Below, one piece after another: positions 18,456-28,100 of a stretch of 52,876 nucleotides of DNA (position 1 is its first letter; every line of letters starts with the position of its first letter). The stretch is from Candidatus Pacearchaeota archaeon. Its GTDB lineage: Archaea; Nanobdellota; Nanobdellia; Pacearchaeales; GW2011-AR1. A program made the position numbers and the translations under genes. Where the stretch lies: NCBI GenBank assembly GCA_050124795.1, contig JASFEO010000006.1:1-52876 (forward strand). The letters are read 5' to 3'. The notes below the pieces were generated by a model that ran no database searches, was not told the origin of the DNA, and was given only the letters and a program-made list of their open reading frames with translations.

Positions 18456-20123
18456 ATGAGAAAAAAAATAAAGTTATCTCTGATATTATTAACAATATTA
18501 TTAGTAATGCCTTTTTTATCTGCAAACGAAGAAAGTTATATAATTGCAAATTCCCAAAGCTGGCAGGATGTATATTCGGCAATGCTTTATTCTTCTCTTC
18601 AGGAAATTGGGGGGGACTTTTTGACAAATACGCAACACGGAACAACCATATTAAATGGAATAAAAAAGGAAAATTCAATCCTTGTTGTTAGTTCGTCAGA
18701 TTCTCCTTATGTTTTTAATTATCCGGACCTCATTAAGGCAAACGGGTTTAAATCAGCAAGGGAAATCACAGCAAAAAACGCAAATATCCAACTAATTGAT
18801 GAACTTCCGGATATAAGAAATTTTGTGATTGTAGGGGATTCATATGGATATGATTCAATTGCAGTTACGCCTTATGCAGTCCAAAAAAAATCGTGGGTAT
18901 TTCTTTCAAACAAAATAAACATTAATGAAATTGATTCAACCCTTTCAAGAAGAAACATTGATGAAATTTTAATTTATGGGTATGTGGATAGAGAAGTAAG
19001 AGACATTTTAGAAAAATATAATCCGAAAATAATCGACACAAAAAATAGATTTGAAGATAATATAGAAATCACCAAAGAATACCTTAAAATAAATCCAACA
19101 AAACAGGTTCTTTTAACAAATGGGGAATTCATTGAAAAACAACTTATGCTCGGAACAGAACCAACACTTTTTACCGGAAAAGAAAATGTCCCGGATCAAA
19201 TAAGAGATTATCTAAAAGATTCTCCTATTGAAATAGGAATATTAATCGGAAATGAATTAATAGGAACTGCAACAAACATAAAAAAAAGCACAGGAATAAA
19301 TGTGATGGTCAAATTCGCAAGAGGAGCAAGAAGTCAGGAGAAAGGAGTCTCTGCAGTTGAAGGACTTGACCTTTTTCCAGTACCAACTCCTTCAATAAGC
19401 CTTTCAATCCATTCAATAAAATATAACATAATAAATTCCCAAATAGAACTAACCTACAAAAGTGAATCAAATATTCCTGTATATTTCAAAGGAGTCATAA
19501 CAATAAACGGAAACAAAATCGGTGATGCCGAAGCCAACTTCATTGCGCCCGGAAATTTTAAAACAATGGTTTATAGCCTTGAAACACAACCTGAAGATCT
19601 AAGTGCAAATGTTTTTACTCTCTACGGTGAATCTGCATCTTCTCTTGACAGAATACTTGAAAAAACAATTGATGTTAATACAGTCGAGGTTTTAGATAAT
19701 TGTGAAATTGATTTAACAGAAGCAAAATACAATAAACAAAAAAAAGAATTTAAAATAAGGGCAGAAAATCTAGCAGATGTTGATTGTTGGGCAAACATTG
19801 AAATAACTAACCTAAAAGTGGGTTACAATGAAATAACTTCAGGAACAATCACTGCGGAAAAAATTTCTGCAAAAAAAAGTAAGACAATTTCAATAAAAGA
19901 AGAATTAAATGAAGAGGATCTTTTGCAAAATCAAATTATTGAAGTAACTGCGAGATATGGTGAACGAGAAGACGGACTTGTAAAAACCAAAACCAAGACA
20001 CTAACTCTTGCAACAGAATTTTTTTCAGGAATTAGCTATGGGATAATGACAATTGTCCTGACAATAATAATCCTGCTTATCACAATCTGGATACTAAGAA
20101 AAAAAGATGAAGAAGGTTATTAA
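18456..20123 (+). CDS. Membrane-anchored surface protein with cell-wall-binding-2-like repeats
   Basis: Signal peptide; IIANSQSWQDVYSA, VIVGDSYGYDSIAVTPYA and NRFEDNIEI; C-terminal TM followed by RKK. Confidence 0.6.
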   Translation: MRKKIKLSLILLTILLVMPFLSANEESYIIANSQSWQDVYSAMLYSSLQEIGGDFLTNTQHGTTILNGIKKENSILVVSSSDSPYVFNYPDLIKANGFKSAREITAKNANIQLIDELPDIRNFVIVGDSYGYDSIAVTPYAVQKKSWVFLSNKININEIDSTLSRRNIDEILIYGYVDREVRDILEKYNPKIIDTKNRFEDNIEITKEYLKINPTKQVLLTNGEFIEKQLMLGTEPTLFTGKENVPDQIRDYLKDSPIEIGILIGNELIGTATNIKKSTGINVMVKFARGARSQEKGVSAVEGLDLFPVPTPSISLSIHSIKYNIINSQIELTYKSESNIPVYFKGVITINGNKIGDAEANFIAPGNFKTMVYSLETQPEDLSANVFTLYGESASSLDRILEKTIDVNTVEVLDNCEIDLTEAKYNKQKKEFKIRAENLADVDCWANIEITNLKVGYNEITSGTITAEKISAKKSKTISIKEELNEEDLLQNQIIEVTARYGEREDGLVKTKTKTLTLATEFFSGISYGIMTIVLTIIILLITIWILRKKDEEGY

Positions 20124-20124
20124 A

Positions 20125-20544
20125 TTATTTTTTCGCCGCAATATTTTTTTCTTTTGATTCAATCACATCCAATTCTTTTTTTACGTTATCCAAAATCAAA
20201 ACAACCTGATTAAATGATTGTTCATCTAAATCAGACTTAAACAATTTAATTTTAAATTTAACAGAACTTAATTTTAAACTTAATTCGATCAGGTCTTTTC
20301 CTTTTTTCCTCTCCACACTTATTCGTGTATGCAAATCAGAATACTTTTCATTTAGATAACTAATAACAATATTTTCAAGAAAGACCATAAGTTCTTTTTT
20401 GCCCCCATATGCCCTTTTCACTTTTTCGTCAGGAATAAGATTATATTTTTTTAACAAAATCAAAACTTTTCCAAAATCTTCATTAACAAATTTTAAAACA
20501 TCTTCAAAATTATTTATAACGATCTCTTTTTCTTCGTCACTCAT
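20125..20544 (-). CDS. Small helical protein, related to 9169..9504
   Basis: ATGA-coupled to the second ATPase gene. Confidence 0.7.
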   Translation of the reverse strand: MSDEEKEIVINNFEDVLKFVNEDFGKVLILLKKYNLIPDEKVKRAYGGKKELMVFLENIVISYLNEKYSDLHTRISVERKKGKDLIELSLKLSSVKFKIKLFKSDLDEQSFNQVVLILDNVKKELDVIESKEKNIAAKK

Positions 20545-22934
20545 TCTTTACTTTTTCCTTTATTCTCTTTATTTTGCGGGTTTTCTTTTTTTCCAGATGA
20601 AAATTTTTCTTCCCTTTTTCCCAATTTACCTAGGGCGGTGATCATCCTTTGCTTATCTAAAATAGATTTTAATTTTTCCCCTTCATCTTTTGATAAATTT
20701 TTCTCCACCCATTGTGCAATATCATTCTTGTTTTCATTTACATGAATTCTAAAGACTTCTTCATCCATCGTCGGAAGAGCCCCCAAAAGTTCAGCTGCAC
20801 TACTAACCATAATTCCATTGTCAAAAGTTAGGGCAGCTACTTCTTTTTTTAAGATATCTTCTTTTTTTTGAACAACTTTTTCTGCAACTTCACTTGCTTT
20901 TTCCTTTTTCTCAAACTCCTTCCTCGACTCCTGCGCCTCCTTAACGGATTTCTTAATTTCATCCTCGCTGACAAGTTTAATCTCTCTCTTTGGCGGAGTC
21001 TTCCCCAAAGTTTCCCATGCCTTCTCCACCCTCGGCTTCAGTCCTTCCAGATAAATTTCCACGACGCTAAAATTCCCGCTCATCACTTTATCCTTAACAA
21101 GTTTCAATTCCATTCGAAGATCAAAAACATCCTGCTTTTCACGCTCAAGCGCATCAATCGAAAACTCCAAATCATCAACAATATCATTATACTTATTATA
21201 TTTCTCAAGTTCCTCATCAGGCAATCGACGGGTATTATGCAGGATGGGCCTGAAATTTATGAAATAAGGTCGACCCCGATTATACTCTGCATTCTGAAAC
21301 ATCGCAACTCCAACTTCAGCACGAATCAAAGATTTCAAAAACCCCTCACCATACTTTGTTTTTATCCTCTCCAAATCTCCTTCCTCCAATGTTCTCGTCT
21401 GAACCTCAGTATTAATATTCGCTTTAATCTCTCCAACAAAATCATTCAAAACCTGACTAATCAACATCATCCCTAATCCCCATTTCCTGAATTCACGACA
21501 CGCTCTCTCAACCTGCAAAAATCCCTGCCCGCTTCCACCAAACTTACTTAATAACCTATGAACCTCATCAAACACCAAAAGAACTTTCAATACAGGAGAT
21601 TCCTTGGGATCAGACTTAAAAACTTGCCTGATAACATTTGAAACAAAAATATCCATATCTTTTGGATCAAGTTTATTCAAACTAAAAATCTGAATCTGTC
21701 CGGGGGAAACATATTTATTAATATCAATTAATTCCCTTGCATGAGTAACCTGCCGAACATTTCCTTTAAACGCCCGTGCATCAGTCTCTTTTAATCCGAA
21801 CTTGGGATAATAACTCATCATTTTTTTGTCAGTGCATTTTCTAAGCATCCCGCTCCACTGCGCAGTCGGATCAAACACAATCACAGCAATATTATTCATC
21901 AAAGCCTCTTCAATTATAACCTGCGCAGAAATACTTTTCCCCCCGCCTGTTGCTCCTGCAACAATTGTGTGTGTTGTCAGCCTCGCCGGGTCAAGATAAG
22001 AAGAAACTTTCTTCTCTGCGATGTTTCCTAAATGCAAAAAACCATCTTCTTTTTTAGGAAGAGTCTTCAAATCAAGAACCATCTTGTATTTTTTCTTTGA
22101 TTCTATATGTCTCTTTATAAAATAAAAAATCAAAAACCCCAAAATAAAAATCCCTGCAATAAGAATTAAAACCCAAAGAGGCAAAACACCAAAAAGAAGG
22201 ATCTGCCAAAAATGCTTTTTCAAAACAAAACCTGCTTTATTCTCAATAACAAAAGAATCACTCTCCAAAACAACCTTCAGAATACAATCACCAAAATTTA
22301 TTTCATCAGGAAAGGAAAATGTCTTAAGAATTTGAAAAGAATTCGTTACATTAATCGTTTCTGTTTTAAGGGGAAAAGAATTATTCAAAGAATCCTGCAT
22401 GGAATAAGTAAAAGAAACGTTTTCAATTGCTTCTTTTTTCAACTTATTAATTTTTAAATTAAATTGAAAAAGTGCTCCTTTTACAAAACTTGTTTTTATG
22501 GGCTTAATTTCCATTAAAAAAGGCGAAGTTATTTCCTCTTCAACAACATTTACATTTATAGGAATTTTTTCAATTATATCGCCTTTTATTTCCAAAAGAC
22601 CATTGTAGACACCAACATCTTTCCCAACTATTGTAAAATAAAAAAGAGATTTATTTTCAGAAGAAATTGAAAATCCAACATCGTACTTATCAATGACCTG
22701 CCCAATATCCCCTGAAAAAGAAAAAGAGATTGTTATTCCTGTTTGCTTCAGATTGTTAATTTCAATAAAATCCTCCAAAATAGTTCCGTGCCCAATTGTT
22801 CTGTTAAGACTATTTGTGGAAATAGAATAATCATCAGTCTTTATAGCTGAACCATAAGAAGCTTCTGTTAATGGGTAAAAATTAAAAATTAAAAAAAGCC
22901 CAATAAAAATTAAAATATTTCTTCTAAGAATCAT
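20541..22934 (-). CDS. Membrane-anchored HerA/VirB4-like ATPase 2 with Ig ectodomain and C-terminal DUF5752-like domain
   Basis: Signal peptide, TM, GATGGGKS, DEVHR, REFRKWG; tail FDNG..SSAAELL...FRIHVNENKNDIAQWV. Confidence 0.85.
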   Translation of the reverse strand: MILRRNILIFIGLFLIFNFYPLTEASYGSAIKTDDYSISTNSLNRTIGHGTILEDFIEINNLKQTGITISFSFSGDIGQVIDKYDVGFSISSENKSLFYFTIVGKDVGVYNGLLEIKGDIIEKIPINVNVVEEEITSPFLMEIKPIKTSFVKGALFQFNLKINKLKKEAIENVSFTYSMQDSLNNSFPLKTETINVTNSFQILKTFSFPDEINFGDCILKVVLESDSFVIENKAGFVLKKHFWQILLFGVLPLWVLILIAGIFILGFLIFYFIKRHIESKKKYKMVLDLKTLPKKEDGFLHLGNIAEKKVSSYLDPARLTTHTIVAGATGGGKSISAQVIIEEALMNNIAVIVFDPTAQWSGMLRKCTDKKMMSYYPKFGLKETDARAFKGNVRQVTHARELIDINKYVSPGQIQIFSLNKLDPKDMDIFVSNVIRQVFKSDPKESPVLKVLLVFDEVHRLLSKFGGSGQGFLQVERACREFRKWGLGMMLISQVLNDFVGEIKANINTEVQTRTLEEGDLERIKTKYGEGFLKSLIRAEVGVAMFQNAEYNRGRPYFINFRPILHNTRRLPDEELEKYNKYNDIVDDLEFSIDALEREKQDVFDLRMELKLVKDKVMSGNFSVVEIYLEGLKPRVEKAWETLGKTPPKREIKLVSEDEIKKSVKEAQESRKEFEKKEKASEVAEKVVQKKEDILKKEVAALTFDNGIMVSSAAELLGALPTMDEEVFRIHVNENKNDIAQWVEKNLSKDEGEKLKSILDKQRMITALGKLGKREEKFSSGKKENPQNKENKGKSKE
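20912..21942. repeat. ~1.03-kb near-identical direct repeat, copy 2
   Basis: Matches 9833..10863. Confidence 0.9.
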
Positions 22935-24774
22935 CTGATTTTTCTCCTTTTAATTTATCTCCATTATTTTCTTTTCCATCTGAATTTTTTTGATTTCCCT
23001 CTTTAACATTTTTTTCTTGTGAAGTTTTTTCTGTAGAAGAATTACCCCAAAAACCAGATTCCCCGCCCAGGTCAAATTTCTGCGCAAGATTTTCCATTTG
23101 AATCTTCAATGCCTCCTTATTTTCAAGCATCTCTTTTGTAACTGGTTCGCCATAGCGGTTTTTCATCTTTATAAAAAGGTTAACAGCCTCATCAAATTTC
23201 TTCATTGCCATTAATTTGCGAAGTTCAAGAGATTCAACATACAAATTCAAACCTTTCTTTCTTTCTGCAAGATTTTTATACCTTAAAACAAAGAGAATTG
23301 AAAAGAAAGAAAGAAAAACAATTAACAAAAAAACAGATGAAGATTTGACAAAAGCTAAAAATTTAAACCTTGCTCCTACCTCGAATTCATCTGAACTAAT
23401 AGAAAGGATCGAATCTTCCTGAAATGCTCTGGCATAAAAAAGATAATCCCCAAGAGACATATCTTCAGGAAGAGTAAAATTCCTCATCAAACTTATTGGA
23501 GATGTTAAGACAATCTCCTCATCAGATGAATCATAAACCCGCCCATAAAAATCAATAATAAAAAAATGAAGACCAATAGTTTCCTCAATTAAATCCCCTA
23601 AATTTTCCAGAGAAATATTGGCAACAATAGTTTCACCGGGTTTTACAAATTTATATTTCTCTGGAATTAAAACCGAAACTTCAATATCACTTTCAAGAGG
23701 ATTGACTTCAAACACAATTGGAATTGAAAGATTAGATACAGATTCAACTAAAACCTCTCCAAAATAATGCCCGGGAATAGTCTCTTTTTTTGCGAAAAAA
23801 TCAATTGTAATTTTTTTTGTTTCTCCTGCGGAGACAACAAGGGAATTGTGGCTTAGGATAACAAATTCCCCCAGACCATCAACACTAAAATTAAAAGGTA
23901 ATTCTGTATTTCCAGTATTTGTAATTTCAAGGATTTTTGTTTGCGCCGAACCTTGCTTTACTGAAACAAAAAAAGAAGAAACACTGAGTTTAAACTCATC
24001 AAAATCTTTTTTGAAAATTTTTTTAATTTTCGCTGTAATTGAATCTTCGTCATCGTCGTCGTCAGGGACGATTGTTGAAGGTGGAACAACTCTTGCTGAA
24101 ACTGAAAAATTTTTTACATCGGTGCAATTACTATTGCTGCTTGAATCTCTTGCACAAAAATACCATGATACTATCTGTCCGGAAGACGCGCTTATTTGAA
24201 TTGTCTTTGTAGATTCATTTGTTAATCCTGCAAAATTTCCATTATATCCAAAAGAGCTGGAACTTTGATTAACAAAAAGCGTGTAATTTTTAAGCAAAAG
24301 ATTATCTGTCCAGTTTGCACTAAAAACAACATAATCGTTTTGATAAATAACCCCCTTATCTTTTTCAGGATTATTCCATTTTGGGGGTTCATCATCAACT
24401 GCAATAAAAAGCGAAACTACATTACTACTGGCATTCCCTGCCCCATCATCTGCATAAAAAATAATCTCCCTTATTCCTGAAAATGAATCATTTGGATAAA
24501 AAGAAACTTCTCCCTCGCTAATTACAATAGTTATATCTTCAACAACAGAAGAAGAGTAAATCAGGGTTGCATTTATTGCAGATCCAAAATAATCATCTAA
24601 ATCAAATGCACCCAATAAATTCCCCCCAGACCATGACTGATTAGGGATTATCCCCACAAAAAACGGTGGAGAATTTTCTATTTCTAAACCTGTGCTAACT
24701 GCTAAAAGAGAGTTCATAAAAAAAATAAAAATGAATGCAAGACATATAAATAAAATACCTCTTTTCTCCATCAT
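22924..24774 (-). CDS. Single-pass surface protein with cadherin/Ig-like domains, sharing the ATPases' juxtamembrane module
   Basis: Start moved to MMEKRG; NSPPFF..FDLDDYF cadherin-like segment; LEITNTGN; TM; helical tail without an ATPase. Confidence 0.75.
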   Translation of the reverse strand: MMEKRGILFICLAFIFIFFMNSLLAVSTGLEIENSPPFFVGIIPNQSWSGGNLLGAFDLDDYFGSAINATLIYSSSVVEDITIVISEGEVSFYPNDSFSGIREIIFYADDGAGNASSNVVSLFIAVDDEPPKWNNPEKDKGVIYQNDYVVFSANWTDNLLLKNYTLFVNQSSSSFGYNGNFAGLTNESTKTIQISASSGQIVSWYFCARDSSSNSNCTDVKNFSVSARVVPPSTIVPDDDDDEDSITAKIKKIFKKDFDEFKLSVSSFFVSVKQGSAQTKILEITNTGNTELPFNFSVDGLGEFVILSHNSLVVSAGETKKITIDFFAKKETIPGHYFGEVLVESVSNLSIPIVFEVNPLESDIEVSVLIPEKYKFVKPGETIVANISLENLGDLIEETIGLHFFIIDFYGRVYDSSDEEIVLTSPISLMRNFTLPEDMSLGDYLFYARAFQEDSILSISSDEFEVGARFKFLAFVKSSSVFLLIVFLSFFSILFVLRYKNLAERKKGLNLYVESLELRKLMAMKKFDEAVNLFIKMKNRYGEPVTKEMLENKEALKIQMENLAQKFDLGGESGFWGNSSTEKTSQEKNVKEGNQKNSDGKENNGDKLKGEKSDDS

Positions 24775-24891
24775 AATATTGATTAAACGCAATTTAAATA
24801 ATTTTATTAATAAGATTGTCAACAATGGAATCCTTCTTGCGGGATATTTATCAGAGTAATTGAAAAGCTCTCGAAAGAATTGTTAACAACA

Positions 24892-24913
24892 TTATAAACA
24901 ATAATGTTTATAA
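24892..24913. promoter_or_regulatory. Inverted repeat TTATAAACA-ataa-TGTTTATAA (TATA/operator between divergent genes)
   Basis: Perfect 9-bp arms, 22 bp upstream of the RHH-like gene. Confidence 0.55.
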
Positions 24914-24935
24914 AGTCTTAAATCAAACCTTTAAT

Positions 24936-25145
24936 ATGCCAAAAAAAGACTCTAAAAAGACCAAAATAGGCTCAAAAGAAAAACCCCGAGCAGAAACAGT
25001 GATTGTCAAGGGCACAATAACAAAAAAACAGAGGGAAGTTCTTCAAAAATTCGTGGGGATAATTGGAAGTAATGAACAGGATGTTGTTGGGAAAATCCTG
25101 ACACTCTGGATGTATAATGAAGGACACTTAAAAAACTTAAAATGA
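24936..25145 (+). CDS. CopG/RHH-like small DNA-binding protein
   Basis: VIVKGTITKKQREVLQKFVGIIGSNEQDVVGKIL; ATGA-coupled to the 1139-aa gene. Confidence 0.6.
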   Translation: MPKKDSKKTKIGSKEKPRAETVIVKGTITKKQREVLQKFVGIIGSNEQDVVGKILTLWMYNEGHLKNLK

Positions 25146-28100
25146 AAATAAAAAAATATCTTTCAATAGGTGTGATACTCTTTTTTGTAATGAATATTGT
25201 GATTGCAAATGAAGCCATGACCTCTTCAATAACTCAGGATGAAAGTTCAGAACAAATAAATTCAAACAGTGAACAAGCTTCAGAAGAGATAAATACAGAA
25301 TCGCAAACTCAAAACATAGAGCAGAAAGTAAACCCCGAAGACAATGAAATAAATCCCAAAACAACTAGCCAAGAAAATGATGTAACCCCCCCAACAAAAA
25401 TAACTTCTGAAGAAATTACGGAAAATCCTGAAGAGGTCGCAACAGATACAGAAAATGGAGATATTAATTTAGAAATTGTTTCAAATGCAATAAATGAAAA
25501 ACAAGAAAATGCTTCTAAAGAAGAAGTTGAAAATACAACCGAGATTCAGGAAATTTCTTCAAAAACAAATCAATCATCCGAAATTAAAATAGGTTCAAAT
25601 GATTCTTCCAAAATTAAAGAAATTAATTCACCATCTAAAACCGTGGAGAATTTTTCAGAAGAAAACAATTCAGAAATAGAAAATTTATCTTTAAAAGAAA
25701 ATCAGGGTTATTATATTAATATTGATAATGTCGAAAATTCAAAAAGTTCTCCCTTATCTAATATTGCAAAAACACAAGAAAAGGATGAAAATAATTTTGA
25801 AAATAAAACCCAACTCCTTGCTCTTTACAATAATGATGGAAAAATTGCAATCAAAGGAGAAATCCCTGCAAACTTCACAAATGCCATTACAAAAAAAGAA
25901 AAAATTATAGACTCAAAAAATTTTTCAAAAGAATTCACAATAAAAAGTTCAGAACACCTCAATAGTGAACTAATTGTTTATTCAGATATCCCTGAATCAA
26001 AAAAAGAAAATATAAAAGTTTATTGGAAAAATGAAGATAAAGAAGTAAAAATAAAAGAATATCTTGATGAAAATAATAATGAATTAATTGAAAGAATCTC
26101 ATGGATAGTTCCGCATTTGTCTGAACAGGTTTTTGAAATAAGGATTGAAACAGAAATCTTAGGCAATTCAACAAGTGGAGAAATAGAATTAAACGTTATC
26201 AATTCTCCAAACATAAATGCAAAAAACCCAATTAATTTTAAATTTAGTATTGATTACAATGGAAACAAAACATTAAACTGCAGTTTAAGATTATATAATT
26301 CAACAGATAGCCTAACATACAGCTTTTCAAATGAAAAACCAATTAGTGAAGAATTAGAAATTCCAAATGGAGATTATAATTGGACTGCAACATGCCTTGA
26401 AGAAGAAGACTCTTCAAATAAAGATAGTAAATCAGGAAATTTTACAATAAATGAAGAACCATTAACAATCTATGGAATGCAGGAGATATATTTAACAAAT
26501 GATGATATTGATTTTTCACTTACAGGGGGGTATGATTTAAGCAACATTACATTATTTTACGAGGATGATTCAAATATTGCCTATCAAAAAAATAATACCT
26601 CTGAAAAAAATATCCCTTCTTCAGCAATTCAAAATCCAGGAAAATATATTTTAAAAATTAAATCAACTGGTAATGAAAAACCAACGCAGATAACAACAAA
26701 AGAATTTTCAGTCGCTTCTGCAGAAATAAATCTTGAAAAAGAAAAGATAGAAATTGATGAAGATGCTAAAATAACTATTAAAATAAATTCACCTGATGAA
26801 AAGATCCTATTTGCTAAATTAGAATACGGGGATGAAAATTATGATTACATAGCAGAGAACCAATCTAACTTTATAGATACCTTTACTTATAGTTACCTGG
26901 AAGAAAAAATATATAATCTAAAATTAACAATTTATTTTGACAGCCAACAATTCTCAATAACAAAACAAATAACTGTCTCTGATTCTGACAACACTGACAA
27001 TGAAAAACCAAAGATAACATTAATAGAACCTGCAAATAACGCAAAATTCACAGACCAAACAATAAACTTCAAATACAATGCAACTGACAACACAAAATTA
27101 AAGAACTGTACTTATGATTTAAACTATTATTCCTGCCCGTCATGCTGGGGGAGCGTGGACTACTCAGAAAATAAATCCTTCTCATCAAATGCTGGAGAAG
27201 CGACAATCCATCTTCATGATTTTGATGTTGGAAATTATACCTGGGTTGTGACTTGCTATGACAATTCCAGCAATTCAGAATGGGAATCGAGAAAGTTTGA
27301 AATCATCCCTTCGGGTTTTGAAGCTTTGACTTACTCCGAAGAAACAGAAGTTGAAGAAGCCCAATCAAGGCTCGAGGATTTTCTCACTAAAATAGATTCA
27401 CAGGGACCTGAAGTAAAAGAGGCCTTAAAAGATCTGGGAGTTTATAATGACCTATCAAAAGTCTATTCCGGAAGAATCCAGGCAATAAAAATTTATTTCC
27501 AAACAGGATACAAAACAATTTCCCCAGACAAAAGAGAAGAAAAAAATAAAGAATACTTAGAAGAATTAGAGGAAATTAAAGAAAAAATTCCTTTAGATAT
27601 TGAAATTATAAAAGCAAATGAATATGTAAAAAATTCTGTTTCAGAAAACTTAAAAGAAATAATAAAACAAGCCATTCTCTCAACAACACCGTTAATTGAA
27701 AAAAGATCTCTAAATAAGTTAACTGAAAATATTTTCACAATTCAAAATAAATTCACTGCTTCAGTCACAAGTAAAAAATTAAAAATCAAGTACCAAAATG
27801 AAACCAGAGAAATAACTCTCATCACAAAAAAAATTAAAACAGATGAAGAAGATGCAACTTTTTTTGAATACACTCCAAAAGAATTCGGAAAAATAATATT
27901 CATAACAAAAACAAAAGAACTTGAAAACAATATTTTTGAAATTAATAAAGAAAATATTGAAGATAATAAAATAATTTACTATATTGATGACTTTGTCGAT
28001 ATTGATGAAGTCAAAAAAACAGAAACAATTTTAGTATTAGAAGTTTCTGAAAAAAACAAAAACAACATAACAGGATTCTCAATAATTGATTTAAAACCAA

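Noticed and set aside
9833-21942. Diversity-generating retroelement template/variable repeat pair
   Set aside because: No reverse transcriptase is present, the repeat covers a conserved enzyme core, and there are only a few edge mismatches.
9570-22934. HerA-NurA repair helicase or conjugative T4SS assignment
   Set aside because: No nurA, mre11, rad50, relaxase or VirB6-like gene is recognisable, and the ectodomain fusions fit neither.
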